Source: an uncultured Bifidobacterium sp.
Lineage (GTDB): Bacteria > Actinomycetota > Actinomycetes > Actinomycetales > Bifidobacteriaceae
DNA: 62,362 bases
Direction: 5' to 3'
NCBI GenBank assembly: GCA_937874315.1
Contig: CALNAE010000212.1
Span: 1-62,362 of the forward strand
Below are positions 29,509 to 38,984 of this stretch, in pieces (position 1 is the first letter of the stretch; every line of letters starts with the position of its first letter). A program made the translations under genes and the position numbers. The notes under the pieces are model-generated. The model did not search any database, was not told the DNA's origin, and worked only from the letters and a program-made list of their open reading frames with translations.

Positions 29509-29889
29509 CTACTTGAGTTCGACGGTGGCGCCGGCTTCTTCGAGCTGGGCCTTTGCCTTCTCGGCATCTTCCTTCTTGGCCTTCTCGAGGACGGCCTTCG
29601 GAGCGTTGTCGACAACTGCCTTGGCATCAGCCAGGCCGAGGGACGTGATGGCGCGAACGGCCTTGATGACCTGGATCTTCTTGTCACCGATGGAGGAGAG
29701 GATGACATCGAATTCATCCTTCTCTTCTTCGGCCGGAGCGGCGGCACCCGGAGCAGCGGCAACCGCAGCGACCGGAGCGGCGGCTTCAACGTCGAATTCA
29801 TCTTCGAACGCCTTCACGAAGTCGGAGAGTTCGACCAGAGTCATTTCCTTGAACGCATCAAGAAGCTCGTCTTTGGAGAGCTTAGCCAT
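29509..29889 (-). CDS. rplL: 50S ribosomal protein L7/L12
   Basis: [10 protein letters not shown], Ala-rich hinge, [20 protein letters not shown] and [11 protein letters not shown]. Confidence 0.98.
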   Translation of the reverse strand: MAKLSKDELLDAFKEMTLVELSDFVKAFEDEFDVEAAAPVAAVAAAPGAAAPAEEEKDEFDVILSSIGDKKIQVIKAVRAITSLGLADAKAVVDNAPKAVLEKAKKEDAEKAKAQLEEAGATVELK

Positions 29890-29991
29890 GATGGCTTCCT
29901 TTCTGTTGTGGCGACGGTGGAATTCGTCCTATCGCCAAATATGGTGATTGTGGTTGGTATTCATGGCGTCCGCAGCATAAGCCGCGAACGG

Positions 29992-30513
29992 TCAAGCGGC
30001 CTTTTCCTGTTTGTCGCGCAGGGCGTCGATCGTGCGTACGGCCTTGGTGGGCAGTGCGACGAATACGTATGCGGCCTTGGCCATCGTGCCCTTGAGCGCG
30101 CCGGCCATCTTGGACAGAAGCACCTCGCGGGATTCGAGATCCGCAAGTTTCTTCACGCCCTCGGCGTCATAGATGGTTCCATCTGCGAAACCACCTTTGA
30201 GCACCAGGGCCTTGTTGGTCTTGGCAAAGTCACGCAGGGTCTTGGCAGCCTCCACGTAATCACCTTTGACGAAGGTGATTGCGGTCGGACCGGCGAGGGT
30301 TGTGTCGAACCCTTCGATACCAGCCTCGTTGGCGGCAATACGAGCCAGCGTGTTCTTAGCCACAGAGTAGGAAGTATCGCGGCCTAGCTTTTCACGCAGA
30401 TCTGAGACCTGCGGAACGGTAAGCCCGCGGTACTCGGTCAGGTAAATCGCGTCAGCGTTACGGAACTGCTTCGTAAGCTCGGCGATCACCGCTTCCTTTT
30501 CGGGCCTTTTCAT
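29992..30513 (-). CDS. rplJ: 50S ribosomal protein L10
   Basis: MKRPEKEAVI, EYRGLTV, VAKNTL and GPTAITF. Confidence 0.98.
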   Translation of the reverse strand: MKRPEKEAVIAELTKQFRNADAIYLTEYRGLTVPQVSDLREKLGRDTSYSVAKNTLARIAANEAGIEGFDTTLAGPTAITFVKGDYVEAAKTLRDFAKTNKALVLKGGFADGTIYDAEGVKKLADLESREVLLSKMAGALKGTMAKAAYVFVALPTKAVRTIDALRDKQEKAA

Positions 30514-30569
30514 GGCGTTCCTTCCTAAGTCAACCGTTGACTGAAATCCGGAACACCTCGCCGGGCATG

Positions 30570-30705
30570 AAAAAAGCCCTGCAACACAGGCAGAGCACCG
30601 ATGGCCTTGCGGCCCATTCCTTGCGGAATCCCTTACCTGCGCTGGCTTGGCGTACCAAACTTCGGGAGATTAACATCTCCAACCAACGGTCTGTGGTTTA
30701 CAGTT
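30570..30705 (-). ncRNA. L10 ribosomal leader (autogenous control element)
   Basis: The minus strand reads acagaccgttgg...cccgaag...ccagcgcagg, resembling the L10(L12)4-binding leader, followed by a hairpin and T-run before rplJ. Confidence 0.7.
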
Positions 30706-30856
30706 TTGCGAGCTTACACGAGCTTATGGACCTCACTCCGATACGACACGCCGGGAGCATCGGACGGCACAGGACGCCGGGCCCGCGAAACGCATGCGGA
30801 CCCGGCGAAACGACCGATCTCGACGAACCATTCGACAAACCACACCGTATCAGCGA

Positions 30857-32221
30857 TCAGGCCGTCTGCTGCCGCTTCTCGGCGTTTTCGACGGCGAGTT
30901 CCCTCTTCTGTTTCGGAGTCAGCTTGTCGTGCTTCATTTCGGAAATGAAGTACAGCGCGACGATGAACAGCTCGACCGCCGGCAGAATGAAGGAGAACTG
31001 CATCCCCATCGCGTCGGACACCGCTCCCTGCAACGCCGGCAGGACGGCGCCGCCGACGATGGACATGACGATGATGGCACCCGCGGTTTCCGTGTATTTC
31101 CGATCCTCGACGGTTTCCAGGGTTCTCGAGTAGATCGTCGGCCAGCCAGGTCCGAGGAACAGACTCACGACGACGGCCATCCATACGGCGGCGATGCTGT
31201 GGAAGGTGATCGTGCCGATCAATGTGAGCACGCCGAGCAGCATGTATACGGTCAGCACACGGGTCTCCCGGAACTTCGACAGCAGATAGCTGCCCAGGAA
31301 ACGACCGACGAAGAAGACGCCATAGCTCCACAGCATGAAGTTGGAGGCGTCGCGATCGGTGAAATGCGGGAACATCGTGAGGGCAAGACGCATGGTGAAG
31401 GACCAGATGCCCGTCTGCGCGCCGATGTAGACGAACTGGCTGCCGATGCCACCCAGATAGCGTCGATTATGCATGAGATAGTTCAAAGTCTCGCCCAGGG
31501 ATGCCGATTTCACGGTTCCCTGCGTGGTCTTGGCCCGACCGGAGGGGAATTGCGTGACGGCGAACGCCAGGATAAGCACCACCAGTATGATCAGCACGTA
31601 CTTGTAAGGAACCAAGGTTCGTGCGAGCTGTGCCGTTCCGTAGGCGCGAGCGGCGGCGGGGGTCATCTTGGCCATCTGCGTTTTGAGGTTCTCATCCTGG
31701 AAAACCAGATACTTGCCCAACACGATGCCGATAAGCAGGCCGACGGCATTCATCGTCTGCGACACGTTGAGCCGAACGGTGGACAGCCTACTCGGCCCCA
31801 TCAAGGTCGTGAAGGTCTCCGCGGAGGTCTCCAGGAAGCTCAGTCCGATGGCCTCGACGAAGATGGCGAACAGAAACATGGAGTATGTCGCCAGTCCGGA
31901 AGCCGGAAAGAACAGGAAACATCCCAATGCGAACAGGGCCAAGCCCGCGATGATGCCCATTTTGTAGCTTGACTTCTTGATGACCAGCGACGCGGGGATC
32001 GCTATGACGAAGTACCCGCCGTAGAACGCGCTTTGCACGAATGCGGTCGCCAGATCGCTCAGGTTGAACACGGCTTTGAACTGAGTGATCAGAATATCGT
32101 TCAGACTCGATGAAATCGCCCACATCGCGAAGAGAATGGTCACCAGAATGAATTGCAGTACCGGGGTACGGTCGAGATATCCGTCCGATTGCTCCACCCA
32201 CGGCGTTTTCTTTGCTTTCAT
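30857..32221 (-). CDS. MFS sugar:H+ symporter, FucP family, most like the 2-deoxyribose permease DeoP
   Basis: DGYLDRTPVLQFIL, LNDILITQFKAVF, VQSAFYGGYF.IAIPASLVIKK, LSFLET, RLNVSQT and WPTIY match my recollection of enterobacterial DeoP. Confidence 0.85.
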   Translation of the reverse strand: MKAKKTPWVEQSDGYLDRTPVLQFILVTILFAMWAISSSLNDILITQFKAVFNLSDLATAFVQSAFYGGYFVIAIPASLVIKKSSYKMGIIAGLALFALGCFLFFPASGLATYSMFLFAIFVEAIGLSFLETSAETFTTLMGPSRLSTVRLNVSQTMNAVGLLIGIVLGKYLVFQDENLKTQMAKMTPAAARAYGTAQLARTLVPYKYVLIILVVLILAFAVTQFPSGRAKTTQGTVKSASLGETLNYLMHNRRYLGGIGSQFVYIGAQTGIWSFTMRLALTMFPHFTDRDASNFMLWSYGVFFVGRFLGSYLLSKFRETRVLTVYMLLGVLTLIGTITFHSIAAVWMAVVVSLFLGPGWPTIYSRTLETVEDRKYTETAGAIIVMSIVGGAVLPALQGAVSDAMGMQFSFILPAVELFIVALYFISEMKHDKLTPKQKRELAVENAEKRQQTA

Positions 32222-32376
32222 GGAATGCTCCTAATTGTGTGGCGGATGCCTCCTGCCGGCCCTCCCCCGGTCGGAGGCATCCGTAAAGATTCTTATGTCG
32301 TCGCTTGAACAGCGATACGAAGATGAACGGGACTGCCGCGCCACGCGTGGCGGGTCGCGGCAGATCGGCAGCGTCG

Positions 32377-32775
32377 CTAGAGAATCTGGCAGAATTCAAT
32401 CGTCTCGTGATTCGGACCGAGAACATTGAAATACCGTATGCCATTATCCCAGAATGACGGGATGTGTTGAATCGATCCCTCGACGAAGTTCAATCCCAAC
32501 CGCTGCGCCCCGGCAAAGGCTCCCTCGATATCGTCCGTATCGAGCGCGAAATGATTGATGGCACCGGTCGCATCGGCGGCCTGAGCCACGGTCCATATCT
32601 CCAGCGTCAGATTCTCGAACCGCATGAACGCGCACCGGCTGTCCCCGTTTGGAAAGATGCCGGCCACCTCAAAACCGAGTTTCTTATAGTAGTCGATCGT
32701 TCCCTCAAGATCGGTAGTCGGAATACCGACGTGCTGAATACCGTGAAGATACGTCCCTATATCTCTAGTAGCCAT
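32377..32775 (-). CDS. VOC-superfamily (glyoxalase/epimerase-like) protein
   Basis: QHVGI, LEIW, NHFAL and GPNHETIEF give the four H/E/H/E metal ligands. Confidence 0.88.
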   Translation of the reverse strand: MATRDIGTYLHGIQHVGIPTTDLEGTIDYYKKLGFEVAGIFPNGDSRCAFMRFENLTLEIWTVAQAADATGAINHFALDTDDIEGAFAGAQRLGLNFVEGSIQHIPSFWDNGIRYFNVLGPNHETIEFCQIL

Positions 32776-32828
32776 CATTGCCCCTATTCGTATTCATCCA
32801 CAACCTTGTGATGTGAACTTGATTCATA

Positions 32829-32845
32829 TATTAACACAGTTAATA
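32829..32845. promoter_or_regulatory. Candidate palindromic operator upstream of VOC-deoP
   Basis: TATTAAC-aca-GTTAATA, a perfect inverted repeat in an AT-rich patch. Confidence 0.5.
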
Positions 32846-33077
32846 GTCATATGCGACCCGCGTTTGCACCGTGACACGAGCTGCACTCCATTCTATTCGC
32901 GTGCCGCCGCGGCTCACCCGCCGGCCGTCCCGCTTGTCGTCCTCCCGTCATTGCGTTCTTCGACTAGACGACTATGACGGTCCGGCGGGCACCGACCGCA
33001 GATATGACGGTGCCCTCGTCCGCCAGAGGAGACGAGGGCACCGGTGCGATCAAACGGCTCATGTTCGAGCCGCGACG

Positions 33078-33128
33078 CGTCATTGGTTCAACGACGTCGT
33101 TGGCTCAACGGCGTCGGTGGTTGATCAG
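33078..33128. repeat. Degenerate 17-bp tandem repeat, about 3 copies
   Basis: cgtcattggttcaacga / cgtcgttggctcaacgg / cgtcggtggttgatcag at the NCS2 stop codon. Confidence 0.6.
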
Positions 33129-34519
33129 AGCACTGCCTGCAGCGCAAAGTCCAAGATGAACAAGGCCGACACGATCCAGACGATGGGATGGATCTCCCTG
33201 GCGCGTTTCTTGCAGGTCATCACGATGCAGTAGCTGATGAAACCGGTGGCGATACCATAGGAAATCGAATAAGAGTAGGCCATGAACACGGCACCGAACA
33301 ACGCCGGGATCGCCTGCGTGATATCTCCCCACTCAATTTCCTTGAGGCTGGCGGCCATCATGCAGCCTACCAGCACCAACACGCCAGCGGTGGCTGCCGA
33401 CGGCACGGCCGAGATGATCGGAGCGAAGAAGATCGACAGCACGAAGCACGCGGAAACGACCACGGAGGTCAGACCGGTACGGCCACCCGCGCCGATGCCG
33501 GCGGCGGATTCCACATAGGTCGTGGTATTCGACGTGCCGAAGATGGCACCGATGGACGTGGCTATGGAGTCGGCGAACAACGCCTTATCCATCTTCGAGC
33601 TGAAGCCCGAACCGTTGCGCATGCGCTCCTCGTCTTCCTGGGAGAAGATGCCCGTGCGCTTGCCGGTACCGATGAACGTGCCGATGGTGTCGAATGTATC
33701 CGACATGGAGAATGCGAAGATGGTGACCAACACGATCGGCAGCCGGGACGCATTGGAGAACAGGGCGGGGAAACCGTTCGCCGTGAAGATCGCGCCGAAC
33801 GTGGTGGGAAGCTGGGCGAAAGCCTGGCCCACCGAAATCGAATGAGCCATGGTGGTCACGCCGAACGGGATACCGACCACCGCCGTGATGGCGATGGCGA
33901 GCAACAGACCGGCCTTGACATTGAGCACCGTGAATACGATGGCGAGCAACAGACCGATGAGAAACACCCACAGCTCAGGCTTGTCGAGCACCGAAAGCCC
34001 CGGGGTACCCGGCGTCGCCAGCCCCTTGCCCGCGGATTTGGCGTCGGTGGGAGTGAATGAGATGAGACCGACATTGAGCATGCCGACATATGCGACGAAC
34101 AAGCCGATGCCGCCGCCGAATGCATGTTGCAGCACCTCTGGGATGGCCTCCATGATCATCTTCCGGATCTTGGTCACGGTGATGGTGATGTTGATCAGAC
34201 CGCATAGGAACACCATGCACAGGGTCTCCTGCCAGGTGAAGTGCAATCCGAAGCACACGGTGTACGTGAAGAAGGCGTTCAGCCCCATTCCGGCGGCCTG
34301 CGCATAGGGGACGTTGGCGAACAGGCCCATGACCAGCGTGCCGATGACGGCCGCGATAATCGTGGCCAGGAACACGCCGCCCCACGGCATACCGGTCTGA
34401 CTCAGAATCTGTGGATTTACTACGATGATATACGACATCGCGAAGAATGTCGTCAGACCAGCGGTGATCTCAGTGGATACGTTGGTGCCGTTTTCCTTCA
34501 AATGGAAGAATCGTTCCAT
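33125..34519 (-). CDS. NCS2/AzgA-family purine (guanine/hypoxanthine/adenine) permease
   Basis: MERFFHLKENGTNVSTEITAGLTTFFAMSYIIVVNP, GMGLNAFF, DTFDTIGT and TTYVESAAGIGAGGRTGLT. Confidence 0.93.
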   Translation of the reverse strand: MERFFHLKENGTNVSTEITAGLTTFFAMSYIIVVNPQILSQTGMPWGGVFLATIIAAVIGTLVMGLFANVPYAQAAGMGLNAFFTYTVCFGLHFTWQETLCMVFLCGLINITITVTKIRKMIMEAIPEVLQHAFGGGIGLFVAYVGMLNVGLISFTPTDAKSAGKGLATPGTPGLSVLDKPELWVFLIGLLLAIVFTVLNVKAGLLLAIAITAVVGIPFGVTTMAHSISVGQAFAQLPTTFGAIFTANGFPALFSNASRLPIVLVTIFAFSMSDTFDTIGTFIGTGKRTGIFSQEDEERMRNGSGFSSKMDKALFADSIATSIGAIFGTSNTTTYVESAAGIGAGGRTGLTSVVVSACFVLSIFFAPIISAVPSAATAGVLVLVGCMMAASLKEIEWGDITQAIPALFGAVFMAYSYSISYGIATGFISYCIVMTCKKRAREIHPIVWIVSALFILDFALQAVL

Positions 34520-34620
34520 TGGTGTTGCTCTCTCCTTGGTTTATGCACGAAACCACCCGTGCCGAGGTTACTGCGACTCATCCGCGAACGGACAAGTCAG
34601 ACCCTAGCACCGGGAGAGGT
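34520..34620 (-). ncRNA. Candidate structured cis-regulatory leader (riboswitch-like) of the purine permease
   Basis: Hand folding gives a long UUCG-capped hairpin, a second hairpin UGGUUU/AAACCA, and a 5' CUCUCC complementary to the SD GGAGAG. A -10-like TAATAT lies at 34626-34631. Confidence 0.45.
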
Positions 34621-34720
34621 CAGAAATATTACGTGCGACGCACGCCTATCACAGGGCCCCGGCCCCATCGGCGTGACACGTCGAATGAGACCGGGGCCCA
34701 ACGCCGGACGGCTGCGTGGA

Positions 34721-35500
34721 TCAGCCGAAACGACCGGAGATATACCGTTCCGCCTCTTCGTTCTGCGGATTGTTGAACATCGTCGTGGTATCCGCGAAAT
34801 ACTCGAGATGCCCGGGCTGCCCGACGGCCTTGAGGTTGAAGAAGGCCGTGTAATCGGCGATGCGCGCCGCCTGCTGCATGTTATGCGTGACGATCACGAT
34901 GGTGTAGTCATGCTTCAACTCGTTGATGAGGTCCTCGACCGCCAGCGTCGAGATCGGGTCGAGCGCCGAGCAGGGCTCGTCCATCAGCAGAACCTGGGGG
35001 TGGACCGCGACCGCACGGGCGATGCACAGACGCTGCTGCTGACCACCCGACAGCCCGATTCCGGGATTGTTCAGACGGTCCTTGACCTCGTTCCACAGGT
35101 TCGCCCCACGCAACGCCCACTCGACCAGATCATCCGCATCGGACTTGCTGATGCGATGATTGTTCAATCGCACGCCGGCCAGCACGTTCTCCCGAATGGA
35201 CATGGTCGGGAACGGGTTGGCGCGCTGGAACACCATGCCGACGTCGCGACGCACCGCAACCGGGTCGACGCCCTTGGCGTACAGATCGCGGCCCTCAAGC
35301 AGCACCTGTCCTTTGACGTGTGCACCGGGGATGATCTCATGCATGCGATCCAACGTGCGCAGCACCGTCGACTTGCCGCAACCCGATGGACCGATGAACG
35401 CGGTGACCTTATTGGGTTGAATAGCGATATTGGCATCTTCCACCGCGAGAAAATCGCCGTAGTAGATGTTCAGATGTTTGACATCGATTCGTTGTCCCAT
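34721..35500 (-). CDS. pstB: Phosphate ABC transporter ATPase
   Basis: [48 protein letters not shown] and YISGRFG. Confidence 0.97.
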   Translation of the reverse strand: MGQRIDVKHLNIYYGDFLAVEDANIAIQPNKVTAFIGPSGCGKSTVLRTLDRMHEIIPGAHVKGQVLLEGRDLYAKGVDPVAVRRDVGMVFQRANPFPTMSIRENVLAGVRLNNHRISKSDADDLVEWALRGANLWNEVKDRLNNPGIGLSGGQQQRLCIARAVAVHPQVLLMDEPCSALDPISTLAVEDLINELKHDYTIVIVTHNMQQAARIADYTAFFNLKAVGQPGHLEYFADTTTMFNNPQNEEAERYISGRFG

Positions 35501-35524
35501 ATTATTTCCTTGTTTCCTTCACCA

Positions 35525-36520
35525 TCACTGCTCGGTCTTCACGGCGAATACCTTGGCAACCAGCCGCCCGATGAGATTCAGAATCAGCACGATGACGATC
35601 AACGCCAAAGCCGCGGCCCACGAACGCTCCACCGGGATGTTGCTCACGCAACTCGGACCGGCGGCCGCGGTGCAGGTAACCGACAGCTTGCTGTACTCCT
35701 GATACACATACACGGGCAGAGTGGTCATCTGCCCCGAGAAGAGGTTCAGATTCGTCGTGGCGATATAGCCCGCGGTCATCAGCAACGGCGCCGTCTCACC
35801 GACCACACGGGCGATGGCCAGAATCACGCCGGAGACGATGCCCGGCAACGCCGTGCGCAACACGATTTTCGTGATGGTCCGCTGCTTGGTGACGCCAAGC
35901 GCATACGCCGCCTCACGTAAGTCGTCGGGGACGACCTTGAGCATCTCCTCGCTGGATTTGACCACCGTGGGAAGCATCAGCAACGACAACGCGACGGAAC
36001 CTTCGAAGCCGTTGATGGTTCCCGGGCCGAAGGCGATGCTGAACATCGAGAAGGCGAAGAGGCCGGCCACAATGGAAGGAATACCGCTCATCACGTCGAC
36101 GAAAACCGAAATCGCACGAGCCAACTTGCCACCATGCGCATATTCCACCAGATAGACGGCGCACATGATGCCGACGGGCACGGAGATGACCATGGCGCCG
36201 AGCGTTATCTCCAACGTCCCGATGATGGCGTGCAGGATGCCGCCGTAGCCTCCGGAAGGAGTGGGACGGCCGCCGATCACACCGGACATGTTATACGACA
36301 GGAAATTGAGATTCATCCTGTGCACGCCATTGGAGATGGTCGTCCACAATACGGATGCCAGCGGCACCAGCGCGATCAGAAAGGCCACGGCGATCAGTAT
36401 CCGCATGACCATATCCTTGCGCCGGCGCGCGGCCATCGACGACCGTGTCGGGCGGAACTTGTCGAAATCGATCGTCGGAGCCCCATCCATAGGGGACTGA
36501 GTCGATGCGCTCATCGTCAC
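35525..36520 (-). CDS. pstA: Phosphate ABC transporter permease
   Basis: GGILHAIIGT, GIPSIVAGLF, LREAAYALG and ARVVGETAPL. The start overlaps the pstC stop. Confidence 0.95.
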   Translation of the reverse strand: MTMSASTQSPMDGAPTIDFDKFRPTRSSMAARRRKDMVMRILIAVAFLIALVPLASVLWTTISNGVHRMNLNFLSYNMSGVIGGRPTPSGGYGGILHAIIGTLEITLGAMVISVPVGIMCAVYLVEYAHGGKLARAISVFVDVMSGIPSIVAGLFAFSMFSIAFGPGTINGFEGSVALSLLMLPTVVKSSEEMLKVVPDDLREAAYALGVTKQRTITKIVLRTALPGIVSGVILAIARVVGETAPLLMTAGYIATTNLNLFSGQMTTLPVYVYQEYSKLSVTCTAAAGPSCVSNIPVERSWAAALALIVIVLILNLIGRLVAKVFAVKTEQ

Positions 36521-37470
36521 TCACCTACCTTCCGTGTGATCTTGCGAGCCAGGAAATTGACCAGGAAGGTGATGAGGAACAGCACCAGCCCGGTGCCGAT
36601 CAATGTCGAGACGCCGAGACTGTTCGCCTCCGGATACTGCGCGGCGATGTTGGCCGCTATCGTCTGACTCTGCGACGCCTGAAGCAGTTTGAAGCTGTAT
36701 TTCAGTCCCGGGGACAATATCATGAGCACGGCCATGGTCTCGCCAAGTGCGCGCCCCAAACCGAGCATGGATGCCGAAATCACGCCGGAGCGGCCGAAGG
36801 GGAGCACCGCAAGCTTGATCATCTCCCATTTCGTCGCGCCCAGGGCCAACGCCGCCTCCTGCTGCAGCCGGGGCGTCTGCACAAAGATGTCGCGTGACAT
36901 GGATGTGATAATCGGCAGAATCATGACCGCCAACACCACCGAAACCGTAGCTACGGTGCGTGACGGATTGGCGGCCGGACCGGCGAAGATCGGAATCCAG
37001 CCAAGGTACCGCGCCACCCAATCCCAGAACGGGTGGATGGCGGGAACCAGAACGATGCCGCCCCACAGGCCGTACACGACCGAGGGAATGGCCGCGAGCA
37101 GATCGACGATGTAATTCAGTACCGTAGCAAGGCGTTTGGGGGCGTACTGCGAGATGAACAGCGCGATGCCCACGGAGACGAAGAAAGCGATGATCAGGGC
37201 AAGTGCCGCGACCAACACGGTGCCGAACACCAGAGGACCGACATACTGCCAGAAATTATGGGCAAGCCCGCCGGTGAAGGACTCGACGGTTTTGGCGTTC
37301 TCGGATTGGTCGCCACCAATCAGGGGCCAGGCCCGGAACAACAGGAACAGCGTCACCGCCGCAAGCACGACAAGAATCACGATGCCGCAGCCATAGGCCA
37401 CGCCCTTGAATATCACATCGCCCCTCTTGCCGGAGCTGCGCGACTCGGTACCCGTACTGTGCAAACTCAC
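36517..37470 (-). CDS. pstC: Phosphate ABC transporter permease
   Basis: LLAAIPSVVYGLWG, EAALALGATKWE and GRALGETMAV. Confidence 0.95.
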   Translation of the reverse strand: MSLHSTGTESRSSGKRGDVIFKGVAYGCGIVILVVLAAVTLFLLFRAWPLIGGDQSENAKTVESFTGGLAHNFWQYVGPLVFGTVLVAALALIIAFFVSVGIALFISQYAPKRLATVLNYIVDLLAAIPSVVYGLWGGIVLVPAIHPFWDWVARYLGWIPIFAGPAANPSRTVATVSVVLAVMILPIITSMSRDIFVQTPRLQQEAALALGATKWEMIKLAVLPFGRSGVISASMLGLGRALGETMAVLMILSPGLKYSFKLLQASQSQTIAANIAAQYPEANSLGVSTLIGTGLVLFLITFLVNFLARKITRKVGE

Positions 37471-37629
37471 CAGTTCTCCTTAGCGTCCACGCCATAAACC
37501 ACCGGTCGCATGCGCGGTGAGCGCATACTCGACATCCGTAGAGCTAACCTTACTCGCAGATTTCCTCTACCGACGTCGCCGGTGGTTATGACTTCGCGTT
37601 CTGGGATGATCACAGGGGAAAAACCCGGG

Positions 37630-38763
37630 TCACTTCGTTTGGATGGCGGAGATGGACTTGGTGACCTTCTGACGCAGTGAATCACCCATGGGGGCGGAAC
37701 CGGAGTTGCTGGCCGCCACGTCCTGGCCGTCCTTGCTCACTACGTAGGAAAGCCAAGACTTGACGAACTGGGCGGTTTTGGTGTTCTTGTAAGCGGGGCA
37801 CGCCACGTCATAGGACACAAGCACGACCGGGTAGGCATTCGCCTCGGTGATGTTGTGATTGATCTTGATCACCACGCGGTTTTCGCCCGTGGCGCTGGTG
37901 TCGAGCGGCGACGCGTCAACGACCTTCGCGGCGGCCGCGGCCGAATACGCCACGTAGTTGTCCCCTACCTTGACCGCGACGGTGCCCAGATCGCCGGCCT
38001 TCGACGCATCGGCATAGCCGATCGTCCCATCCGCCTGGGAGACGGTGCTGATGACGCCGTCCGTGCCCTTGCCGCTCTGGCCGACCTGATTGGGCCAGTT
38101 CTCGCTCAAGTCATAGCTCCAGTCGGATCCGGCGGCATCCTTGACGTAGCTCAGGAAGTTCTTGGTGGTACCTGACTTGTCAGAACGATGCACCACGGTG
38201 ATCGCGGTGTCGGGAAGCGTGACCTTCGGGTTCTGTTCGGCGATGGTCGGGTCGTTCCACTTGGTGATCTTGCCATCGAAGATCTTCGCGATGGTCTTGG
38301 CGTCCATGTTCAGATGCTTGTCCTTGCCGGAGATGCCCTTGAGATTGAAGACGACGGCGATCGGAGAGATGTAGACCGGCACATCGAAGGCCTTGGTGCT
38401 CGCCGCGCACACGCTGGCGGACTGGCTGACCTCGTCGGCGCTCAGGGATGCATCGGAACCGGCCCAGGCGGTGGCCCCGGTCAGGAAGGTGCTCACACCG
38501 GCTCCGGAACCGGTCGGATTGTATGAAACCTTGGCATCCGGGTTCTTCGACGAATAATCGGCGATCCACGCCTCAACCGCGGTCTGCTGCGCGGTCGATC
38601 CAGCCCCGGAGAACTCACCGGAAATCTTTGTCGCAGTGCTGCTGCTCGCGTTGCCGTTCGAGCTGCTGCTGCCCGTCGTGTTGTCACCGCATGCCGCGAT
38701 GGCCGCGAGCATAGCCAAGCCGCATCCCGCGGCGATGGAACGGATTAGCACATTCTTACGCAT
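37630..38763 (-). CDS. pstS: Phosphate-binding lipoprotein
   Basis: Lipobox IAAC, GAGSTAQ, TGSGAG, AGSD and HRSDKSGTT. Start at MRKNV after AGAGGA. Confidence 0.95.
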   Translation of the reverse strand: MRKNVLIRSIAAGCGLAMLAAIAACGDNTTGSSSSNGNASSSTATKISGEFSGAGSTAQQTAVEAWIADYSSKNPDAKVSYNPTGSGAGVSTFLTGATAWAGSDASLSADEVSQSASVCAASTKAFDVPVYISPIAVVFNLKGISGKDKHLNMDAKTIAKIFDGKITKWNDPTIAEQNPKVTLPDTAITVVHRSDKSGTTKNFLSYVKDAAGSDWSYDLSENWPNQVGQSGKGTDGVISTVSQADGTIGYADASKAGDLGTVAVKVGDNYVAYSAAAAAKVVDASPLDTSATGENRVVIKINHNITEANAYPVVLVSYDVACPAYKNTKTAQFVKSWLSYVVSKDGQDVAASNSGSAPMGDSLRQKVTKSISAIQTK

Positions 38764-38899
38764 GATTGCAATTCCTCTTATCATTCGGACGACTTGCGCC
38801 GTCGTGCATATCGATCAGACACGACTCAACCCCGTCTTCGACATGCATGGTGTTCATGACAATTCTAGAGTAAGGGAGTTCGCGGCGGTGTCGGACTCG

Positions 38900-38921
38900 T
38901 CAGGGTGAACAGCAGATGAAC
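38900..38921 (-). promoter_or_regulatory. PHO-box-like 11-bp direct repeat upstream of pstS
   Basis: The minus strand reads GTTCATCTGCT-GTTCACCCTGA, matching the GTTCA 11-nt repeat unit of actinobacterial PhoP/RegX3-type boxes. A TAGAAT -10 lies at 38862-38867. Confidence 0.7.
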
Positions 38922-38944
38922 TTTTCGTCATCGCAGCATGACGT

Positions 38945-38984
38945 CCGGCCAGATCCGGCTAGATCCGGCTAGATCCGACCAGAT
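38945..38984. repeat. 10-bp tandem repeat, 4 copies
   Basis: ccggccagat ccggctagat ccggctagat ccgaccagat, right after the regX3 stop. Confidence 0.9.

Noticed and set aside
29364-29801. Apparent 146-aa N-terminal extension of the MATE ORF overlapping rplL
   Set aside because: It is an open alternative frame through rplL and the palindrome. A leaderless-type start exists at 29363.
34570-34615. CUAGGGU suggesting a ykkC (guanidine-I/PRPP/ppGpp) riboswitch
   Set aside because: The conserved 3' P3 element is missing. I kept the region only as an unclassified candidate.
34241-35920. 559-aa plus-strand ORF opposite pstB/pstA
   Set aside because: Typical antisense shadow of an ABC ATPase gene.
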